Positions 36,336 through 40,053 of a stretch of DNA of 40,053 bases are shown in pieces; positions within the stretch are counted from its first letter, which is position 1, and every line of letters begins with the position of its first letter. A program made the translations under genes and the position numbers. The notes below the pieces were generated by a model, which was given only the letters and a program-made list of their open reading frames with translations, did not search any database and had not been told where the DNA came from. The stretch lies in IMG/VR virus record IMGVR_UViG_3300031577_000008, positions 1 through 40,053 of that record. One strand, written 5' to 3'. The stretch comes from a virus (lineage: Duplodnaviria > Caudoviricetes).

Positions 36336-38030
36336 ATGCTAAGTAAAATCACATTTAAAACTTGGATTTATATAATCGTACTCTTCTTTTTCTTCCCGTT
36401 TATTGGGATAGGGCTAAACTCTTTAACAGGCCTAGATATTGGAGACTTATACACTTTTGGTATAGCTGATCGAAAGGATTTCTTTACCGTTTGGATGGCT
36501 TTATTTGGCGCAATAGGTATTGCGTTCAATATACATCAGAATCACCTGCGTACAACAAATCAAGATAAGCAATTGGAAAAACAAGCCCAACAAATTGAGT
36601 TACAAAGTAAATCGCAACGTGATTCTCGTTTTTCTAAAGGAGTTGAATTATTAGGAAATGCAAATGAATCTGCAAGAACAGGGGCTGCATACAGCTTATT
36701 TTCTCTTGCAAAAGATTATCCGAAAGAATTCGCAAAGCCTGTTTTTGAGATTCTTTGCTCTCATGTTCGTACCATCACTATCACGAAAGAATACAAGAAA
36801 AACAATAATGAACGCCCATCAAATGAAATACAAAGCATATTGGATTTATTATTTAGAAACGATCAAAGCAATCTTATATTTGATGGATTAACAGCAAATT
36901 TAGCATTTAGTTGTTTAATTGGAGCTCATTTATCTAATGCTGATTTATCTAATGCTGATTTATCTAATGCTGATTTATCTAATGCTGATTTATCTAATGC
37001 TGATTTATCTAATGCTGATTTATCTAATGCTGATTTATCAAGTGCTGATTTATCAAGTGCTAAGTTTATAGGTGCTAAGTTTATAGGTGCTAAGTTTATA
37101 GATGTAAATTTACCAAGTGTTGATTTTTCTAATGCTGATTTATCAAGTGTTGATTTTTCTAATGCTAAGTTATTCGCAGCTGATTTTTCAAATGCTAGGT
37201 TATCAAGTGCTAAATTTATAGGTGCAGATTTACCAAGTGCTAAGTTTATAGGTGCAGATTTATCAAGAGATAAGTTTATAGGTGCAGATTTATCAAGTGC
37301 CGATTTACCAAGTGTTGATTTTTCTAATGCTAATTTATTCGCAGCTCATTTTTCAAATGCTAAGTTATCAAGTGCTAAGTTTATAGGTGCAAATTTACCA
37401 AGTGTTGATTTTTCTAATGCTGATTTAGCAAGTGCTGATTTTTCTAATGCTAAGTTATTCGCAGCTGATTTTTCAAATGCTAAGTTATCAAGTGCTAAGT
37501 TTATAGGTGCAAATTTACCAAGTGTTGATTTTTCTAATGCTGATTTATCAAGTGCTAAGTTTATAGGTGCAGATTTACCAAGTGCTAAGTTTATAGATGC
37601 AGATTTACCAAGTGCTGATTTTTCTAATGCTAAGTTATTCGCAGCTCATTTTTTAAGTGCTAAGTTATCAAGTGCTAAGTTTATAGGTGCCTATTTACCA
37701 AGTGTTGATTTTTCTAATGCTGATTTAGCAAGTGCTGATTTTTCTAATACTAATTTATTCGCAGCTCATTTTTCAAATACTAAGTTATCAAGCGCTAAGT
37801 TTATAGGTGCAAATTTACCAAGTGTTGATTTTTCTAATGCTGATTTATCAAGTGCTGATTTTTCTAATGCTAATTTATTCGCAGCTCATTTTTCAAATGC
37901 TAAGTTATCAGAAAAAACAATCTTTGAGGGAGTTGATATGTCACAAATTGATTTCACAAAAATAGAAGGTAGAATAAATCCTAAATATCAAACCAACTCT
38001 AATAATGAAATAAATGCAGGCAGCCAATAA
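36336..38030 (+). CDS. Pentapeptide-repeat membrane protein
   Basis: Two N-terminal TM helices, RFSKGVELLG...RTGAAYSL helical domain, long A(D/N/K)(L/F)xx repeat array. Confidence 0.9.
   Translation: MLSKITFKTWIYIIVLFFFFPFIGIGLNSLTGLDIGDLYTFGIADRKDFFTVWMALFGAIGIAFNIHQNHLRTTNQDKQLEKQAQQIELQSKSQRDSRFSKGVELLGNANESARTGAAYSLFSLAKDYPKEFAKPVFEILCSHVRTITITKEYKKNNNERPSNEIQSILDLLFRNDQSNLIFDGLTANLAFSCLIGAHLSNADLSNADLSNADLSNADLSNADLSNADLSNADLSSADLSSAKFIGAKFIGAKFIDVNLPSVDFSNADLSSVDFSNAKLFAADFSNARLSSAKFIGADLPSAKFIGADLSRDKFIGADLSSADLPSVDFSNANLFAAHFSNAKLSSAKFIGANLPSVDFSNADLASADFSNAKLFAADFSNAKLSSAKFIGANLPSVDFSNADLSSAKFIGADLPSAKFIDADLPSADFSNAKLFAAHFLSAKLSSAKFIGAYLPSVDFSNADLASADFSNTNLFAAHFSNTKLSSAKFIGANLPSVDFSNADLSSADFSNANLFAAHFSNAKLSEKTIFEGVDMSQIDFTKIEGRINPKYQTNSNNEINAGSQ
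36930..37910 (+). repeat. 15-bp tandem array inside the pentapeptide gene
   Basis: Seven perfect TTATCTAATGCTGAT units (36930-37034), then shuffled near-identical 15-mers. Confidence 0.9.
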
Positions 38031-38040
38031 ACTGTCTGCA
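38015..38040. terminator. Hairpin between convergent genes
   Basis: TGCAGGCAG/CTGTCTGCA stem; no clear U-tract. Confidence 0.35.
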
Positions 38041-38069
38041 CATACATTTGCAACGAATTAGCACCGCTT

Positions 38070-38399
38070 CTACTCAAGCGTTGTATTGTCATTTGCCAAT
38101 CCCGCTTTCACTTCTGCAAGTATCGTCTCAAACACAGTAACATGCGGGGTGATGTCCGTATCTTGCGGAAAAGAGAACTGTTTGTTCCCTGATTCCTGAA
38201 ACATAAGGCCCGTATACTCTTCTTTCTCCACTGTCTGTGTTCCCGTAGAAGTCGTAACTTCTTCACTTGTCTTCTTATACACGTTGCAATGCAAACTAGT
38301 GAGACTATTCCCTGAAAGGTTATAGTTAACCTTGTACTTGTAATCTCCGCTTTCGGTTGAACCCGCTACTGAGATCGTTCTTGATTCTTCTGTAAACAT
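38070..38399 (-). CDS. Hypothetical tail-associated protein
   Basis: 109 aa, co-oriented downstream of the tail fibre gene. Confidence 0.7.
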   Translation of the reverse strand: MFTEESRTISVAGSTESGDYKYKVNYNLSGNSLTSLHCNVYKKTSEEVTTSTGTQTVEKEEYTGLMFQESGNKQFSFPQDTDITPHVTVFETILAEVKAGLANDNTTLE

Positions 38400-38404
38400 G
38401 ATTT

Positions 38405-38680
38405 TTATTTTTTAGGATTAATAATTTCATCGAGTATCGGGCAAACTGCCTCTTGTACGAAAGCAAGAAAGCCCTCACGGATGTATTTGTTAAGGATAGC
38501 CGCATGTCCCGCATCGACTTCAATCTCACCATCTTTATAGATACTGCGGGCCAGTTCCAACTCGCCCAGATCGGCAGTCTTTTGATAGATCGCATTGCCT
38601 AGTTCTTTGCTCAAATCAAGGGCACTTTTCTTTCCCTCGATATTCTTTACTTCAATCTTTCTAAAATCAATCTTCTTCAT
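38405..38680 (-). CDS. Hypothetical protein, possibly a tail fibre chaperone
   Basis: 91 aa (MKKIDFRKIEV...ELARSIYKDGEIE), directly after the fibre gene. Confidence 0.7.
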   Translation of the reverse strand: MKKIDFRKIEVKNIEGKKSALDLSKELGNAIYQKTADLGELELARSIYKDGEIEVDAGHAAILNKYIREGFLAFVQEAVCPILDEIINPKK

Positions 38681-38691
38681 TTCCTTTTAAA

Positions 38692-40053
38692 TTAATTCAT
38701 ATAACTTCCAAACCAGTGATAGCCGTCCCATATGATAAAATACAGCTTCCCATAATCGACTTTTACACTTGAGACATACCCCGTCCCATAGTCTCCGCCG
38801 CTCAAAATGTTAGTGGAGGAGGATGCAATATATATGTTATTCGAACCTGTTTTTCTTACAAAATAATACTTCCCAAGTGTCGGATTCGACGGCAACGTAA
38901 GTGTTACATCTACCGAAGAACTGATACCAATAATGGTAGTATAATCATTTGTTAGCGTGATACTGCTTGAAACACGCAATATGCCTGAACTTGCTCCACC
39001 TATTTTCGTATTACCGACAAATTCAATCAGTTCTCCTGTCCTTGCGGTAAACGTTGAGTTCCCGGTTGCGACTATTGCCGCACCTGCCGTTTTAGTTGTT
39101 ACTGTTAAACACGGAGTAGTATCGAAATTATTTACTATATTTACAAGTATTGAGGTAGAATTAGGATCAACGAATAAGCCTCTGTAATAAGGGTATTTAA
39201 TACCTCCACTAGTATAATAGCTATCGGTATATGAACATCGAAGCATATTAGGACCTATGGATGTATATGCTCCGGATAACGGTATTGTAGTACTGCTGAT
39301 ATTCGACAATAATCCATTATAGACGTACAAATCTCCTATCCTGGCACCATTTTCCACTGTAAGTCTACTAGTCGAAATATCCGTGGCGGCTATCTTAGTG
39401 GCTAAAAGCGATGTGGTTATCATAGCGTCCGCATCAATCAGAGATGTTTTGATATAACCGCCTTCAACTATCGTACTGTCAAGCTTGGCCAACGAAACGG
39501 CACTTTCATAAGCCAAACCACCCAAAGAGTTTTTTAATGTGCTTAATCCGCTATTGGCTGTATCGGCACTAGACAAAGCACTGTTTGCCGTTGAGGTTGC
39601 AGCATTAGCCGTACTCTGTGCCGTGTTAGCGGCAGAAGCCGCACTACTCGCCGTTGACTGAGCGGTAGTTATTCGCCCTTGTGAATCGCTGTCCAACGAG
39701 CTGAAAGTTACCATTCCGGCAAGGCTGAGTGCCTGGCCGAACACGGATATGCCGCCCGATGTGATACTAATCCCGGCTTTTATTTCGGTTGTTGTCGGGC
39801 GAAGAGCGATGCTTGCGTCCACATCTTCGGGGGCGGGTGTCCAATCGGTAGCCTTGTTGCCAATTTCAAACTTTACTCCACAGACATACGCTTCGTTGCC
39901 ATTAAGAATTCTACAGACCAATACATTTTTTACTTCGGTTATTGTCCCGGTTTTCCATACAATCCAGACACGTTTCCAATCAGATGTTAACGTTGTGGCT
40001 ATTGATCCGTCGGCAGATGTAGTTGAATTTCCTGCCGAATTATATCCGGAAAC
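38692..40053 (-). CDS. Tail fibre/receptor-binding protein, 3' part (starts beyond the window)
   Basis: KFEIGNKATDWTPAPED motif, A/S/T-rich coiled coil, TIVEGGYIKTSLI and C-terminal LTLPSNP..GKYYFVRK...WDGYHW head domain. Confidence 0.8.
   Translation of the reverse strand, partial: VSGYNSAGNSTTSADGSIATTLTSDWKRVWIVWKTGTITEVKNVLVCRILNGNEAYVCGVKFEIGNKATDWTPAPEDVDASIALRPTTTEIKAGISITSGGISVFGQALSLAGMVTFSSLDSDSQGRITTAQSTASSAASAANTAQSTANAATSTANSALSSADTANSGLSTLKNSLGGLAYESAVSLAKLDSTIVEGGYIKTSLIDADAMITTSLLATKIAATDISTSRLTVENGARIGDLYVYNGLLSNISSTTIPLSGAYTSIGPNMLRCSYTDSYYTSGGIKYPYYRGLFVDPNSTSILVNIVNNFDTTPCLTVTTKTAGAAIVATGNSTFTARTGELIEFVGNTKIGGASSGILRVSSSITLTNDYTTIIGISSSVDVTLTLPSNPTLGKYYFVRKTGSNNIYIASSSTNILSGGDYGTGYVSSVKVDYGKLYFIIWDGYHWFGSYMN

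Noticed and set aside
36930-37910. CRISPR array
   Set aside because: The repeats are contiguous in-frame 15-mers with no unique spacers, and no cas genes are present.
38692-40053. Diversity-generating retroelement acting on the tail fibre
   Set aside because: No reverse transcriptase and no template/variable repeat pair is visible in this window.

Overview
This window is about 40 kb of a temperate Bacteroidota (Bacteroides/Parabacteroides-type) phage; the host is inferred from many TAnnTTTG -7 promoter boxes. The left end holds an attachment site built on the 3' half of a tRNA-Arg(TCT), with arm-type repeats on both sides, which suggests an attP configuration. Next come a CI/Cro switch and an early + strand operon (RecT, RecE-like nuclease, SNF2 helicase, HNH, RusA, DUF4373 initiator with internal iterons, ASCH). 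A + strand virion stabilisation/nozzle-like gene and three paralogous - strand neck-like genes follow. A ~13 kb AT-rich defence cargo (OLD-type ATPase-TOPRIM, McrBC with an atypical McrB, orphan DUF6088, NgoBV/NlaIV-like type II R-M, an EACC1-like membrane protein plus HExxH metallopeptidase, a lone RES protein) precedes the lysis cassette. The right end has a second moron (Trypco2-like plus pentapeptide-repeat membrane protein) and the 3' part of a tail fibre gene. The best candidates for novelty are the EACC1-like/metallopeptidase pair, a CAAC-N21-TAnnTTT(G/A) promoter ahead of all three late units, the protease-less Trypco2-like/pentapeptide pair, a shrunken tRNA-like RNA and a small RNA antisense to a start-codon region. 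All family calls come from motif recognition by eye; no searches were run.
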